Notes: generated from the letters alone by a model not told the origin. A stretch of DNA of 64,000 nt from Actinomycetales bacterium (GCA_045807245.1 JBJMHS010000051.1:6044-70043), one strand, 5' to 3'. Counted from the stretch's first letter, positions 44,096 to 53,996 are shown. Made by a program: numbers and translations.

Positions 44096-46558
44096 CTACG
44101 AGATGGTGAAGGCGGCGGACACCTCGACGTCGTACGGCGTGGTCGTGTTCTTGTCCACCTGGGCGATGTACGACCCTGGCTCGACCCGAGGCGGTCCGGA
44201 TGCGTCGATGTCGCCCGAGGACACGGCCAGCGCCGACGCGCTGAACGTGATCGTGACGTCCTTCGACTGACCCGGGTCCAGCGTGACGCGGGCGAAGCCG
44301 ACCAGCCGCTGCGGCGGCGTCACCGTCCGGCTGACCGGCTGCGCGACGTACAGCGGCACGATGTCGGTGCCGGCCCTCGACCCGGTGTTGGTCACCGTCA
44401 GGTGCGCCGTCGCCTTCCCGTGCCGAGCGACATTCTGGGTGATGCTGAGACCGGTCCGGGCGAACGTCGTGTAGCTCAGGCCGAACCCGAACGGGTACGT
44501 CGGGTTGTAGGCGTGCCCTTGACCCGAGCCGGTGCCGGGCAGCTGGTCGAAGAACTTCGGCTGGTCCCCCAACGGCGACGGAGCCGTGCCGTCGAAGTCG
44601 CCACCGACCGTGGGGGCGTCGCTGGGCCAGCTGATGGGCAGCTTGCCGCTCGGGTTCACCGTGCCGAAGATGGCGTCGGCCACGGCCTGGCCGGCTTCCG
44701 TGCTGCCCTGATAGGCCATCAGGACGGCGTTGGACGTCTTGGCCGGGCCGAGCCCCACCGGTCGCCCGGCGAGCACGACGACGATCACCGGCGTGCCGGT
44801 GGCGTTCAGCTGGCTGATCAGCGCCTGCTGGTGGGCCGAGAGCTGTGGCGCCGGGTTGTCGCCCAGCCCCTCGGCGTAGGCCTTCTCGCCCACGACGACC
44901 ACGACGGCGTCCGCGCCGGCCGCAGCCGCGACGGCCGTGGCCGGGTCGGGTGCGGACACGACGTTCGAGTCCGCCGCTCGCAGACCCTCGAGCACCGTCG
45001 TGCCCGGCGGGATCTGGTCGGCCGGTCCCATGCAGCAGACGTGACCGGCGCCGAAGACGCCCTGCCAGCTGACGCTCCATCCACCCAGCTGGTTGGTCAT
45101 CGAGTTCGCGCTCGGTCCGGTCACGACCACCTTGGCGTTGGACGCCAACGGAAGGACGTCGGCCTGGTTGCGCAGCAACGTGATCGACTCGCGGGCCGCC
45201 TGCAGGGTCGCGTCACGGCCGGCGGTCACCGCGGCGTTCGCCGCGGAGGCGTCGACGCATGGCTGGGACGTGTCCTGGACGCATGCCTGGTCGAAGAGTC
45301 CCAGCTGGAACTTCAACGTGAGAATGCGACGCACCGCCTGGTCGATCCGGGCCCGCGAGATCGCGCCGGTCGCGACGTCATGCAGGATCGCGGTCTGCCA
45401 CGCGTCGGGGTCGAACACCTCCATGCTCATGTCCACACCGGCGTTGACGGCCTTGGCGATCGCTCCGGCCAGGTCGGGTGCGATGTGGTACGCGGACTGC
45501 AGAGCCGGCACGTCCTGGTAGTCGCTGATGACGACGCCCTGGAAGCCCAGCTGGTCACGCAGGATGTCCGTGAGCAGGTAGTGCGAGGCCGTCGCCGGCA
45601 CTGCGTTGATCGACCCCGAGTCGACCATGACCGTCTTCGCGCCGGCGTCGACGGCGGCCTTGTACGACGGCAGGATCACGCTCTGCAGGTAGTTGAGCGG
45701 CAGCAGCGCCTCGTTGCGGTCGTGGCCGTTGATCGACTGGGAGTAGCCGGCGAAGTGCTTGACCGTCGCGGCCGTGCCCAGCGTGCCCGAGCCGGTGGGC
45801 AGCTCGAGCCCCTTGACGTTGGCGGCCCCCATGGCAGCCGCCAGGGCCGGCTCCTCGGCCCAGGTCTCGTACGTGCGGCCCCAGCGGTTGTCCCGGGCCA
45901 GGTCCTGCACCGGAGCGAAGTCCCAGACCCAGCCGGTCGCCTGCAGGGCCTTGGCGGTCACGTCGCCACCATGCTGGGCGAGGGCCGGATCCCACGTCGC
46001 GCCCATGCCGAGCGACTGCGGGAAGAGAGGCGCCTGCCAGGGGTGTCCGAACCCGTGCACTGCGTCCACGCCGAAGATCAGCGGGATGTGGAGGCGCGAG
46101 TTGTCGATCGCGTACTTCTGGATCATGTTGTACTCGTTGGCCCAGTCGTAGCCCGTGTTCCCCGGGCCGCCACCACCGGTCGTGTCGACCGGGTTGTTCG
46201 TGCCGCCGGCCAAGACCGAGCCCACCTTGGCTCCGACCAGCACCTTGTGCATGCAGTCGGCGTTGGGGAGGTTGAACCCGTTGTCACCGCATCTCGTGCC
46301 GTCAGGGTCGGTCAAGGTGGTCACGAGCTGCTGGTCCATCTGGCCCACCTTCTCGGCCAGGGTCATCTGCTTCATCAGCGAGCTGACCCGTTGCGCGGTG
46401 GACTTGCTGCTGTCCAGCCAAGGCGGACTGTCAGCTCCGCTGCCGAACGCCGCCGGGATCGTCACCCCCACCAGGCTCACGGCGGTGATGCCCGCAATCA
46501 GGAGGAGGGCGGCCTTCCGAGTGGGGCGGAGACGCTGACGCGCGGGCTGAGTGGACAT
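44096..46558 (-). CDS. glycoside hydrolase family 3 beta-glucosidase-like, membrane-anchored or secreted
   Basis: 820 aa. N-terminal anchor ALLLIAGITAVSLVGV. GH3 strings GVDAVHG, KHFAGY and GFQGVVISDY. C-terminal Fn3-like domain. Confidence 0.9.
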   Translation of the reverse strand: MSTQPARQRLRPTRKAALLLIAGITAVSLVGVTIPAAFGSGADSPPWLDSSKSTAQRVSSLMKQMTLAEKVGQMDQQLVTTLTDPDGTRCGDNGFNLPNADCMHKVLVGAKVGSVLAGGTNNPVDTTGGGGPGNTGYDWANEYNMIQKYAIDNSRLHIPLIFGVDAVHGFGHPWQAPLFPQSLGMGATWDPALAQHGGDVTAKALQATGWVWDFAPVQDLARDNRWGRTYETWAEEPALAAAMGAANVKGLELPTGSGTLGTAATVKHFAGYSQSINGHDRNEALLPLNYLQSVILPSYKAAVDAGAKTVMVDSGSINAVPATASHYLLTDILRDQLGFQGVVISDYQDVPALQSAYHIAPDLAGAIAKAVNAGVDMSMEVFDPDAWQTAILHDVATGAISRARIDQAVRRILTLKFQLGLFDQACVQDTSQPCVDASAANAAVTAGRDATLQAARESITLLRNQADVLPLASNAKVVVTGPSANSMTNQLGGWSVSWQGVFGAGHVCCMGPADQIPPGTTVLEGLRAADSNVVSAPDPATAVAAAAGADAVVVVVGEKAYAEGLGDNPAPQLSAHQQALISQLNATGTPVIVVVLAGRPVGLGPAKTSNAVLMAYQGSTEAGQAVADAIFGTVNPSGKLPISWPSDAPTVGGDFDGTAPSPLGDQPKFFDQLPGTGSGQGHAYNPTYPFGFGLSYTTFARTGLSITQNVARHGKATAHLTVTNTGSRAGTDIVPLYVAQPVSRTVTPPQRLVGFARVTLDPGQSKDVTITFSASALAVSSGDIDASGPPRVEPGSYIAQVDKNTTTPYDVEVSAAFTIS

Positions 46559-46641
46559 GGCGGGCTCCCTGAGGCATGCGGCATCTCAGAGCGCACTCCT
46601 GCTTCGCCCGGCTGTCAAATCGAAACGGATGGCCGTGAGGC

Positions 46642-47139
46642 TCAAGGGATCTCGGCGTTGGAGAAGTACGGCGTCGTGAACGGCCAGTCCGCAGCCAGCC
46701 AGGTGCGCGCCGCGTCGTACAGCTTCGCGTAGTAGCCGCCGTCGTAGAACTCGGAGGTGACCCACCAGCTGACGTCCACGTCGTGCTGGAGCCGCTCCTC
46801 GGTCAGGGCGGTCCGTCGCCCCATCGGGTACAGGTACAGGCATCCCATGTAGGGCCCGTCCTGGTGGTACACGGCGTAAGAGAAGGAGAACTCCTCGCGA
46901 AACTCGCACTCGTGCCAGACGAGGTCGATGTAGTCGAACTCCGCTGTCACCGGCCCACTCGGCCACTCGCCGCCGCGCGTTCGCCGGATGAGGTCGAGGT
47001 TGCCGTTGATGGCTCGCACATCGTCCTCGAGGTCGCCGCGGCCGAGGACGTGGACGCGGATGTCCTGGTAGGCCAGCCTGGCCGGCATTGCGAACCCCTG
47101 CGGCACGGTCAGGTTGCGGGTCAGGCTCGTCAGCTCCAT
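46642..47139 (-). CDS. hypothetical protein (possibly GNAT-fold)
   Basis: 165 aa from MELTSLT with GC3 bias. The family assignment is uncertain. Confidence 0.5.
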   Translation of the reverse strand: MELTSLTRNLTVPQGFAMPARLAYQDIRVHVLGRGDLEDDVRAINGNLDLIRRTRGGEWPSGPVTAEFDYIDLVWHECEFREEFSFSYAVYHQDGPYMGCLYLYPMGRRTALTEERLQHDVDVSWWVTSEFYDGGYYAKLYDAARTWLAADWPFTTPYFSNAEIP

Positions 47140-47233
47140 GACGTCATCCTTGCGGGCTCCGGCGACCGGTGTGCCGCCTGCCCGGGGTTGAACGGCCGGT
47201 GAGCGGGTACAAGGGAAGCCGAGGAGGACCCCG

Positions 47234-48862
47234 ATGCAGCCCCTGTGGTACCGCAACGCCGTCATCTACGAGATCGACATCCCCCTGTTCCGTGACTCCA
47301 ATGGCGACGGTTGCGGCGATCTCATAGGGGCCGCCGACCGTCTGGAGCACGTGCGCGAGCTCGGAGTCGACACCGTGTGGCTACTGCCGTTCTACCGCTC
47401 GCCATTCCGCGATGGCGGCTACGACGTGATCGACCACCTCGTCGTGGACCCCCGCTTCGGCGACAACGCCGATGCCGCGCACCTGTTCGACCGGGCCGAC
47501 GAGCTCGGCATCCGTGTGATCCTCGACATCGTCCCGCAGCACACGTCGATCGACCACCGGTGGTTCCAGGAGGCGCGACGCGACCGCTCCTCCCGCTACC
47601 GCGACTACTACGTGTGGTCCGACGAGCCCGTCGACACCGACATCGAGCCGGTCTTTCCCACGGAGGAGGACAGCGTCTGGGAGTGGGACGAGGAGGCCCA
47701 GCAGTTCTACCGGCACGCCTTCTACCGCCACGAGCCCGACCTCGAGCTCGGCAACCCCCGGGTGCGCGAGGAGATGTACCGGATCATGGCCTACTGGCTC
47801 CGCATGGGCGTCGGCGGCTTCCGGGTCGATGCCGTGCCGTACATGGTCGAGCGCGCCCGCGCTGCCGACTCGCGGAGCGAGGGCCTGTGGTTGCTGGAGG
47901 ACATGCGGAAGTTCGTCGCCATGCGGCAGCCGGAGGCCATCTTGATGGGCGAGGTCGACGTGCCGGTCGACCAGTACGACGACTATCTGGGTCACGACGA
48001 CCGGTTCACGATGCTGCTCGACTTCTGGAAGAACAACCACACCTTTCTGGCGCTGGCCCGAGGTGAGGCGGGACCCCTGGAAGACGCCATCCGCGAGCAG
48101 CCTGACCCCTCGGGACAGGGCAGCTTCGCAAACTTCCTGCGCAACCACGACGAGCTCGACCTCGAGCAGCTGGAGCAGAACGAACGTGAGGAGGTGCTGC
48201 AGGTCTTCGCACCCGAGGAGCAGATGCGCGCGTACGGGCGTGGCATCAGGCGGCGTCTCGCTCCGATGCTGGGCGGCGACGTGCGCCGGACAGCCATGGC
48301 GCACGCGCTTCTGATGGGGTTCCCGGGCACACCGGTGATGCTCTACGGCGACGAGATCGGGATGGGCGACGACCTCTCCCTGCCGGAACGGCGAGCCGTC
48401 CGAGTGCCTATGCAGTGGTCGGACGCCGAAGGTGCCGGTTTCTCCGACGCGCCTGCGGAGTCCCTCGTGGCACCGATCGTCACGGGAGGCGCTTTCGGCC
48501 ATGACAAGGTCAACGTGGATGCCCAGGCGGCCCAGGCCGACAGCCTCATGACCAGGGTCTCGCGGCTGGTCCGGGGGCGGATCGGAGCACTGGAGATCGG
48601 TGGCCGCGACCACCGCGTGCTCGACACCGGCAGCCCCGCGGTCTTCTGCCAGCGACACGACCTCGACGGCCGGGTGATGGTGACGGCCGTCAACCTCTCC
48701 GACGAACGCGTGGAGTGTCGCCTCGAGGACGAGGACCTCGTAGGGCTGGTGGACGTACTCACGGACCGGGACTACCCCCGCCCGGAGGGGACCCCGACGA
48801 CCTTCATCCTCGACGGTTACGGCTACCGCTGGCTGCGCCGTCGCGACCAGCCTGGGCGCTGA
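47234..48862 (+). CDS. GH13 alpha-amylase-family enzyme (trehalose-synthase / alpha-glucosidase-like)
   Basis: WYRNAVIYEI, GGFRVDAVPYM (region II), GEVD (region III) and FLRNHDELD (region IV). GAGGAGG RBS. Confidence 0.85.
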   Translation: MQPLWYRNAVIYEIDIPLFRDSNGDGCGDLIGAADRLEHVRELGVDTVWLLPFYRSPFRDGGYDVIDHLVVDPRFGDNADAAHLFDRADELGIRVILDIVPQHTSIDHRWFQEARRDRSSRYRDYYVWSDEPVDTDIEPVFPTEEDSVWEWDEEAQQFYRHAFYRHEPDLELGNPRVREEMYRIMAYWLRMGVGGFRVDAVPYMVERARAADSRSEGLWLLEDMRKFVAMRQPEAILMGEVDVPVDQYDDYLGHDDRFTMLLDFWKNNHTFLALARGEAGPLEDAIREQPDPSGQGSFANFLRNHDELDLEQLEQNEREEVLQVFAPEEQMRAYGRGIRRRLAPMLGGDVRRTAMAHALLMGFPGTPVMLYGDEIGMGDDLSLPERRAVRVPMQWSDAEGAGFSDAPAESLVAPIVTGGAFGHDKVNVDAQAAQADSLMTRVSRLVRGRIGALEIGGRDHRVLDTGSPAVFCQRHDLDGRVMVTAVNLSDERVECRLEDEDLVGLVDVLTDRDYPRPEGTPTTFILDGYGYRWLRRRDQPGR

Positions 48863-48914
48863 GGCGTCCACAACGGCACGTTTCCAAGGACAACCCACGA
48901 AGGAGGGGCAGACC

Positions 48915-49286
48915 ATGCCGGAGCTCGGCAGGAAGACCTGGGTCATCGCCGAGGGACACATCCCTTCGGACAGCCACGGCGAGGGGCCTGCGCTCACGAG
49001 CCACGAAACGGCCTGTGTCCTGAACGCCTCTGAGTCCGACGCCCACGTCGAGGTGATGCTCTACTTCGCCGACCGCGACCCCGTCGGGCCGTACCGGTTC
49101 ACCGTGCCCGCGCGGCGTACCCGCCACCAGCGGTTCAACGACCTCGACGACCCCGAGCCGGTGCCGCGCGACACCGACTACGCCTCGGTGCTCACCAGCG
49201 ACGTGCCGGTCGTCGTGCAGCACAGCAGGCTGGACTCACGTCAAGCCGAGCTCGCGTTGCTCAGCACCGTGGCGTGGCCCGGCTGA
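48915..49286 (+). CDS. ASRT-family protein (Anabaena sensory rhodopsin transducer homolog)
   Basis: 123 aa. WVIAEGHIP, SHETACVLNASESDAHVEVMLYF, PVGPYRFTVPARRTRHQRFNDL and VVVQHSRLDSRQAELALLSTVAW match the ASRT sequence as I remember it almost block for block. GAAGGAGG RBS. Confidence 0.8.
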   Translation: MPELGRKTWVIAEGHIPSDSHGEGPALTSHETACVLNASESDAHVEVMLYFADRDPVGPYRFTVPARRTRHQRFNDLDDPEPVPRDTDYASVLTSDVPVVVQHSRLDSRQAELALLSTVAWPG

Positions 49287-49312
49287 CGCAGCTGGAGGTG
49301 GGCTACCACGCC

Positions 49313-50272
49313 TCAAGGAGTCGGAGTCGGTATCTGCACGACGACCCCGGGCCAGTTCAGCTTGATGCCGCGGACGATACCCGTCAGCTCGTCGTCCTCG
49401 TCCACGGATGCGGCGCCGCTCGGGCCCCACATCCAGACCAGGACCGGCAGGCTGCCGTGCGCGAACGAGAGCACGCGGCTCGGCCGGCCCTGGACGACGC
49501 CGAACAGACCCAGGTCCGGGGGCGGGTCCGACCACACGCGGTAGACCGCGTGACAGCCATTGCCGACCAGGCAGCTGTCAGCCGGCCGCGCACCGGCCGG
49601 CAGCCTGACGTCGTACCCGTACGTCGGGTAGCCGTCCATGGTCTGGGCAAGGAGGCGGGTCGTCACGAGGGACGGGTCGTGGCCGACGCGGTCGGCGATC
49701 TGCTGCGGGCTGAGCGCAGCGACGAGCCGGTCTGTGGGGTCGTCGGCCGGGAGCGGGTAGACGGTGATGGCGACCGCGCTGCCGGTCCGTTCCGACCTGA
49801 GCAGGAGCCCGCCGTTCGGCCGGACCTCGTGGCCGGAACGGGCCTGGATGCCCTCGACGATCCAGCCGTCGGGCAGGGTGAACACGAGCGGGTTGAACAC
49901 GATGTGCCGGCCGTCCAGCGAGAGGTACCGACCCGGCCCTGTGCCGCAGGTGGCGGAGTCCACGTACTTGTCGAGGCCGTACGCCGCCGCGATGTTGTCG
50001 GGCCCGCACAGCGGCGGGGCGGCCTTGAACGGCTTGACCGGTGTGATCGGTCGGGGCGTTGCCGGCGCGGCGCGGTGGAACGGCAGCCCCGACGAACCGA
50101 ACCAGATGCCTACGGCGAGGACGACGCCGGTGGCCACGGCACCGACGGAGAAGTTGCTGCGCCGCCGGCGCAGCCGGTCGAGGTCCCGCAGCGCGACGAT
50201 CGCGTCGGTGGTCGCCGCCACCGACTGCGTCGTACGCCGTCCGGTCGAGCGACCCAGCTCGTCGAGGCTCAC
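49313..50272 (-). CDS. single-pass membrane protein, probable anti-sigma/partner of the upstream ECF sigma
   Basis: GTGA overlap with the sigma gene stop. TM helix FSVGAVATGVVLAVGIWF follows a short cytoplasmic segment. The extracytoplasmic ~250 aa are unassigned. Confidence 0.6.
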   Translation of the reverse strand: MSLDELGRSTGRRTTQSVAATTDAIVALRDLDRLRRRRSNFSVGAVATGVVLAVGIWFGSSGLPFHRAAPATPRPITPVKPFKAAPPLCGPDNIAAAYGLDKYVDSATCGTGPGRYLSLDGRHIVFNPLVFTLPDGWIVEGIQARSGHEVRPNGGLLLRSERTGSAVAITVYPLPADDPTDRLVAALSPQQIADRVGHDPSLVTTRLLAQTMDGYPTYGYDVRLPAGARPADSCLVGNGCHAVYRVWSDPPPDLGLFGVVQGRPSRVLSFAHGSLPVLVWMWGPSGAASVDEDDELTGIVRGIKLNWPGVVVQIPTPTP

Positions 50273-50856
50273 AGCGACTCACCTCCGGGGAGCGACAGGC
50301 GATGCGCGAGCGCGGCCCGGCCGCGCGCCAGATGGCTCTTCACGCTGCCCTCGCGGACCTCGAGCGTCGCCGCGACCTCGGCGACCGACAGGTCGAACAA
50401 GTAGTACAAGGTGATGGCCTGCGCTTGCCGGCGCGGCAGACCCCGCACCAGGCCCCAGAAGCCGTCGTCGGCGCTGTCGACCAGGGCCGGCCGGATGCGG
50501 GAGCCGAGACGGAGCACGGCGCGAGCCTCGGCGCCGCGCCGGCGCAGCTGCGAGGTCGCCATGTTGGCGCACACCCGGCGGACCCACATCGCTGGGTCGG
50601 ACAGCTGAGACACCTGACGCCACCGGCGGTAGGCGACCAGCATCGCCTCCTGGGCGACGTCGTCCGCCCCCGCCGGTCCGGCGAGGGCCCGCGCCAGCGC
50701 CCGTACCCGGGCGAACTCGCGGACGTAGAAGTCCTCGAACGACGCGAGCCGGTCGTCGTCGTCGAGGAGCTCGACGTCGGCTCCGACGTCGGCTCCGACG
50801 TCGGCTGCGGCGTGCGGTGCGGCGCCCGGAGCCGGACCCGGCCCGTTCACAGTCAC
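50269..50856 (-). CDS. ECF sigma factor with acidic repeat N-terminal extension
   Basis: Region 2 DDVAQEAMLVAYRRW. Region 4 QAITLYYLFDLSVAEVAATLEVREGSVKSHLARGRAAL. The start is uncertain (GTG 50856 chosen, because ATG 50904 would overlap the divergent gene). Confidence 0.75.
   Translation of the reverse strand: MTVNGPGPAPGAAPHAAADVGADVGADVELLDDDDRLASFEDFYVREFARVRALARALAGPAGADDVAQEAMLVAYRRWRQVSQLSDPAMWVRRVCANMATSQLRRRGAEARAVLRLGSRIRPALVDSADDGFWGLVRGLPRRQAQAITLYYLFDLSVAEVAATLEVREGSVKSHLARGRAALAHRLSLPGGESL
50773..50808 (-). repeat. 12-bp tandem repeat x3 inside the sigma factor N-terminus
   Basis: GACGTCGGCTCC x2 then GACGTCGGCTGC (plus-strand reading). It encodes ADVGADVGADV on the minus strand. 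Confidence 0.85.
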
Positions 50857-50893
50857 ACTCTGCTCTCGTTCGAGGGCACCCGGGAGGTTTACC

Positions 50894-52321
50894 TTGTCAC
50901 CCATGACTGACCTCGCCACGCCGACCACCTGGCCCGCGCACGACCCCGGAACGCACCGGTGGCTGCCTGAGAAGTCGACTCCCGTCGTTGCAGGCCGGGC
51001 CGAGCAGCTGCTCGCGGCGGAGTGGGACCGCTTCACCGGGTCCACGGCGGCCTCCGGGACGCAGAACAAGCGGGCCAGCGAGACGCTGCCGCTCGGAGTG
51101 ACGTCGTCGTTCCAGTACTGGGAGCCGTACCCGATCTCCATCCAGTCGGCCAAGGGCGCCTGGCTCACCGACGTCGACGGCCGCCAGCTGCTCGACCTCT
51201 CGATGGGCTTCGGGGCGATGCTCGTCGGCCATCTCAACCCGGTCGTCGTCGAGCATGTCGAGCGGGCGCTGCATGAGACCGGCACGCTGTTCGTGACGCC
51301 GTCGCCCCAAGCGACGGAGATGAGCGAGCTGTTCTGCACGCGCTTCGGTCTCGGCATGTTGCGGTTCACGAACTCCGGCACCGAGTCCCTGATGTACGCG
51401 ATCCGCGCCGCGCGCGCGTACACCCACCGCAAGGCGATCGTGAAGATCGAGGGCGGCTACCACGGCGGGTACGACGCGCTGCAGGTCTCGGTGAAGCCAG
51501 CCCTCGCGGACATCGGCCCGGCGGACGCTCCGATCGGTGACGTGCCGTTCGACGTCGAGGCGGGCACCGTCCACGTCGTCGCCTACAACGACCTGGCGAT
51601 GCTCGAGCGGATCCTGGCGGAGCACGGCTCCGAGGTCGCGGCGATGGTGGTCGAGCCGGTGATCGAGAACCTGGCGATCGTGGTTCCGGACGAGGGCTAC
51701 CTGGCCGGCGTGCGCGCCCTGTGCGACGAGTACGGCGTGGTGCTCATCTTCGACGAGGTCAAGACCGGTCTCACGGCCGGACCGGCGGGCGCCGCACAGC
51801 GGCTGGGGGTGCAGCCGGACCTGATCACGCTGGCCAAGAGCATCGGCGGCGGCCTCCCGCTGGCAGCGTTCGGCGGCAAACGAGAGGTGATGGAGGTCGT
51901 GGTCGACGGCCGGATGGCGCACTTCGGCACCTACAACGGCAACCCGCTCGTGATGGCGGCCGCCCGGGCCGTCGACGAGATCTGCACCCAGGAGGCGCTC
52001 GACGGTGCCGAGGCGATCAACGTGCGCGCGATGACGGCCATCGACGAGGTCATCGCGGAGTACGAGCTGCCCGCACACACCGTCGGTCTCGGCGTGAAGG
52101 GGTGCATCACCTGGTCCACCACGCCGGTGCGGAACTACCGCGACTACAAGGCGACCGACTTCGCCGTCGCCGAGCTCTCGTGGCTGTGGGGAGTGAACCG
52201 GAACGTTCTGACCCCGCCCGGGCTGGACGAGCAGTGGCTCGTCTCGTTGGCACACACCAACGACGACATGGCCAAACTGGTCGACGACTTCACCCAGCTG
52301 GCGAAGGCGCTGCGCGGCTGA
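50894..52321 (+). CDS. class III aminotransferase (glutamate-1-semialdehyde aminomutase-like)
   Basis: NSGTESLMYAIRAARAYT and VLIFDEVKTGL (PLP lysine). TTG 50894 sits 6 nt after GGGAGG; ATG 50903 is an alternative start. Confidence 0.85.
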   Translation: MSPMTDLATPTTWPAHDPGTHRWLPEKSTPVVAGRAEQLLAAEWDRFTGSTAASGTQNKRASETLPLGVTSSFQYWEPYPISIQSAKGAWLTDVDGRQLLDLSMGFGAMLVGHLNPVVVEHVERALHETGTLFVTPSPQATEMSELFCTRFGLGMLRFTNSGTESLMYAIRAARAYTHRKAIVKIEGGYHGGYDALQVSVKPALADIGPADAPIGDVPFDVEAGTVHVVAYNDLAMLERILAEHGSEVAAMVVEPVIENLAIVVPDEGYLAGVRALCDEYGVVLIFDEVKTGLTAGPAGAAQRLGVQPDLITLAKSIGGGLPLAAFGGKREVMEVVVDGRMAHFGTYNGNPLVMAAARAVDEICTQEALDGAEAINVRAMTAIDEVIAEYELPAHTVGLGVKGCITWSTTPVRNYRDYKATDFAVAELSWLWGVNRNVLTPPGLDEQWLVSLAHTNDDMAKLVDDFTQLAKALRG

Positions 52322-53996
52322 CCTGCGCAGGTGCCCACTGGTGCAGCACCTGCGTGAGCCGGTCCATCATGATCGGCTTGGTCAGGTAGTCGTCCATCCC
52401 CACGGCGAGGCAACGCTCCTTGTCCTCCGTCGTCGCAGTCGCCGTGACCGCAATGATGGGAACCCGGCCGTTCTCCCCCACCGGTGTGGCCCGGATCCGC
52501 TCGGTCGTCGTGTAGCCGTCCATCCCCGCCATCTGGCAGTCCATGAGGATCGCGGCGTACCGGGCGGCCGTCGCCTGCCGGATGGCGTCGGATCCGGTGC
52601 GGACCGTGTCACAGCGATAGCCGAGTGCTTTCAGCATCCGTTGCATGACGACAATGTTCGTCTCGTCGTCCTCGACCACGAGCACCAGCGGCGCCTCGGC
52701 GGCCGAGCGTCGGGACGGCGGTCCCGGGCGGTCGGCTGCTCGGGCCTGAGTGGCGACGTGCGCCGTCGGAGGCGCAGCGGGCACCGCGAAGGGGACCGTG
52801 AACCAGAAGATCGAGCCGCCGTCGGGGTTCGGTTCACAGCCGATCTCGCCGCCCATGAGCCGGACCAGCCGGTCGGAGATGGCCAGCCCGAGCCCGGTGC
52901 CCCCGAAACGTCGGGTGTCGGAGGAGTCGACCTGGCTGAAGACCTGGAACAGCAGGGGGACGTCCTTCTCGGCGATGCCGATGCCGCTGTCCGTGACGGA
53001 GCACCTGATCGTGACCTGGTCCTCGCTCCGGGAGTCGACGCTGACCCTGATGCTGACTTCACCGGCATCGGTGAACTTCACGGCGTTCCCGGCCAGGTTG
53101 GTCACGACCTGACGCAGCCGTACGGCGTCACCCACCACGGCGTCGGGCAGTCCGGGCCGGACGTCGACGGTCAGGCGCAGACCCTTCGCGGACGCCTGCG
53201 CCGAGAGGACAGTCACGACCTCCGCGAACAGGCCGGTCAGGTCGAAAGGCGCCGCGTGGAGGTCGAGCCGGTCGGCCTCGATCTTGGAGAAGTCCAGGAC
53301 GTCGTTGATGACCGCGAGCAGCGAGCGCCCGGAGCTGGTCAGGATCTCGACGTATGCACTCTGCTCGTCGGACAGGGGCGTCCTCGCCATCAGCTCGGTC
53401 GCGCCGATCACGCCGTTCATCGGGGTCCGCAGCTCGTGGCTCATGTTGGCCAGGAACTGCGACTTCAGCCGAGAGGCCTCCATCGCCTCGTCGCGGGCCG
53501 CCAAGAGCTCGCGGGTGCGCTCGTGGACGGTCAGCTCGAGCCGGTTGTTCGCCTCCTGCAGCTGCGCGAGCAGCGCCTGGTTGGCCACCCGCAGGCGATG
53601 CTGCTCGAGGCGGGTCTGGACGACCTTGAGGAGCTCGTGCGGTGGGACCGGCTTGGTCAAGTACTCGTCGACGAGCCCGACGGCCTCCACCGCGGAGTCG
53701 GTTGACGCGTAGCCGGTCAGGAGTACGACGGGCAGCAACGGGTCGCGCTCCTTCAGCTGCGCCGCGAGGCGTAGCCCCGAGGAGTCGGGCAGCCGTTGGT
53801 CCAGCACGACCAGATCGGGCGAGTGCAGGTTGCACCACGTCGTCGCCTCGCCGGCCGAGCCGACTCCGGCGGCGTCGACGCCGGCCAGGCTCAGGATCGC
53901 GCACAGAGTCTCGACGAGACTCGCGTCGTCGTCGACCACGAGCACGCGCCCCTGGAGCGTGGTGGCGGCCGAGGGCGGCTGGGTCGCGATGGTCAC
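52290..53996 (-). CDS. hybrid histidine kinase with N-terminal and C-terminal receiver domains
   Basis: REC1 (VLVVDDDASL, VVLDQRLPDSSG, YLTKP), then a coiled coil. H-box MSHELRTPMNGVIG, then NLAGNAVKFT, DSGIGI and GGTGLGLAIS. REC2 (VLVVEDDETN, ILMDCQMAGMDG, DYLTKP). GTGA overlap with the upstream gene. Confidence 0.9.
   Translation of the reverse strand: MTIATQPPSAATTLQGRVLVVDDDASLVETLCAILSLAGVDAAGVGSAGEATTWCNLHSPDLVVLDQRLPDSSGLRLAAQLKERDPLLPVVLLTGYASTDSAVEAVGLVDEYLTKPVPPHELLKVVQTRLEQHRLRVANQALLAQLQEANNRLELTVHERTRELLAARDEAMEASRLKSQFLANMSHELRTPMNGVIGATELMARTPLSDEQSAYVEILTSSGRSLLAVINDVLDFSKIEADRLDLHAAPFDLTGLFAEVVTVLSAQASAKGLRLTVDVRPGLPDAVVGDAVRLRQVVTNLAGNAVKFTDAGEVSIRVSVDSRSEDQVTIRCSVTDSGIGIAEKDVPLLFQVFSQVDSSDTRRFGGTGLGLAISDRLVRLMGGEIGCEPNPDGGSIFWFTVPFAVPAAPPTAHVATQARAADRPGPPSRRSAAEAPLVLVVEDDETNIVVMQRMLKALGYRCDTVRTGSDAIRQATAARYAAILMDCQMAGMDGYTTTERIRATPVGENGRVPIIAVTATATTEDKERCLAVGMDDYLTKPIMMDRLTQVLHQWAPAQVSRAAPSPAG

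Noticed and set aside
44081-46732. 883-aa plus-strand ORF covering the GH3 gene.
   Set aside because: The minus-strand frame carries clear GH3 motifs (KHFAGY, GFQGVVISDY). The plus-strand translation is Arg/Gly/Val/Asp-rich shadow sequence.
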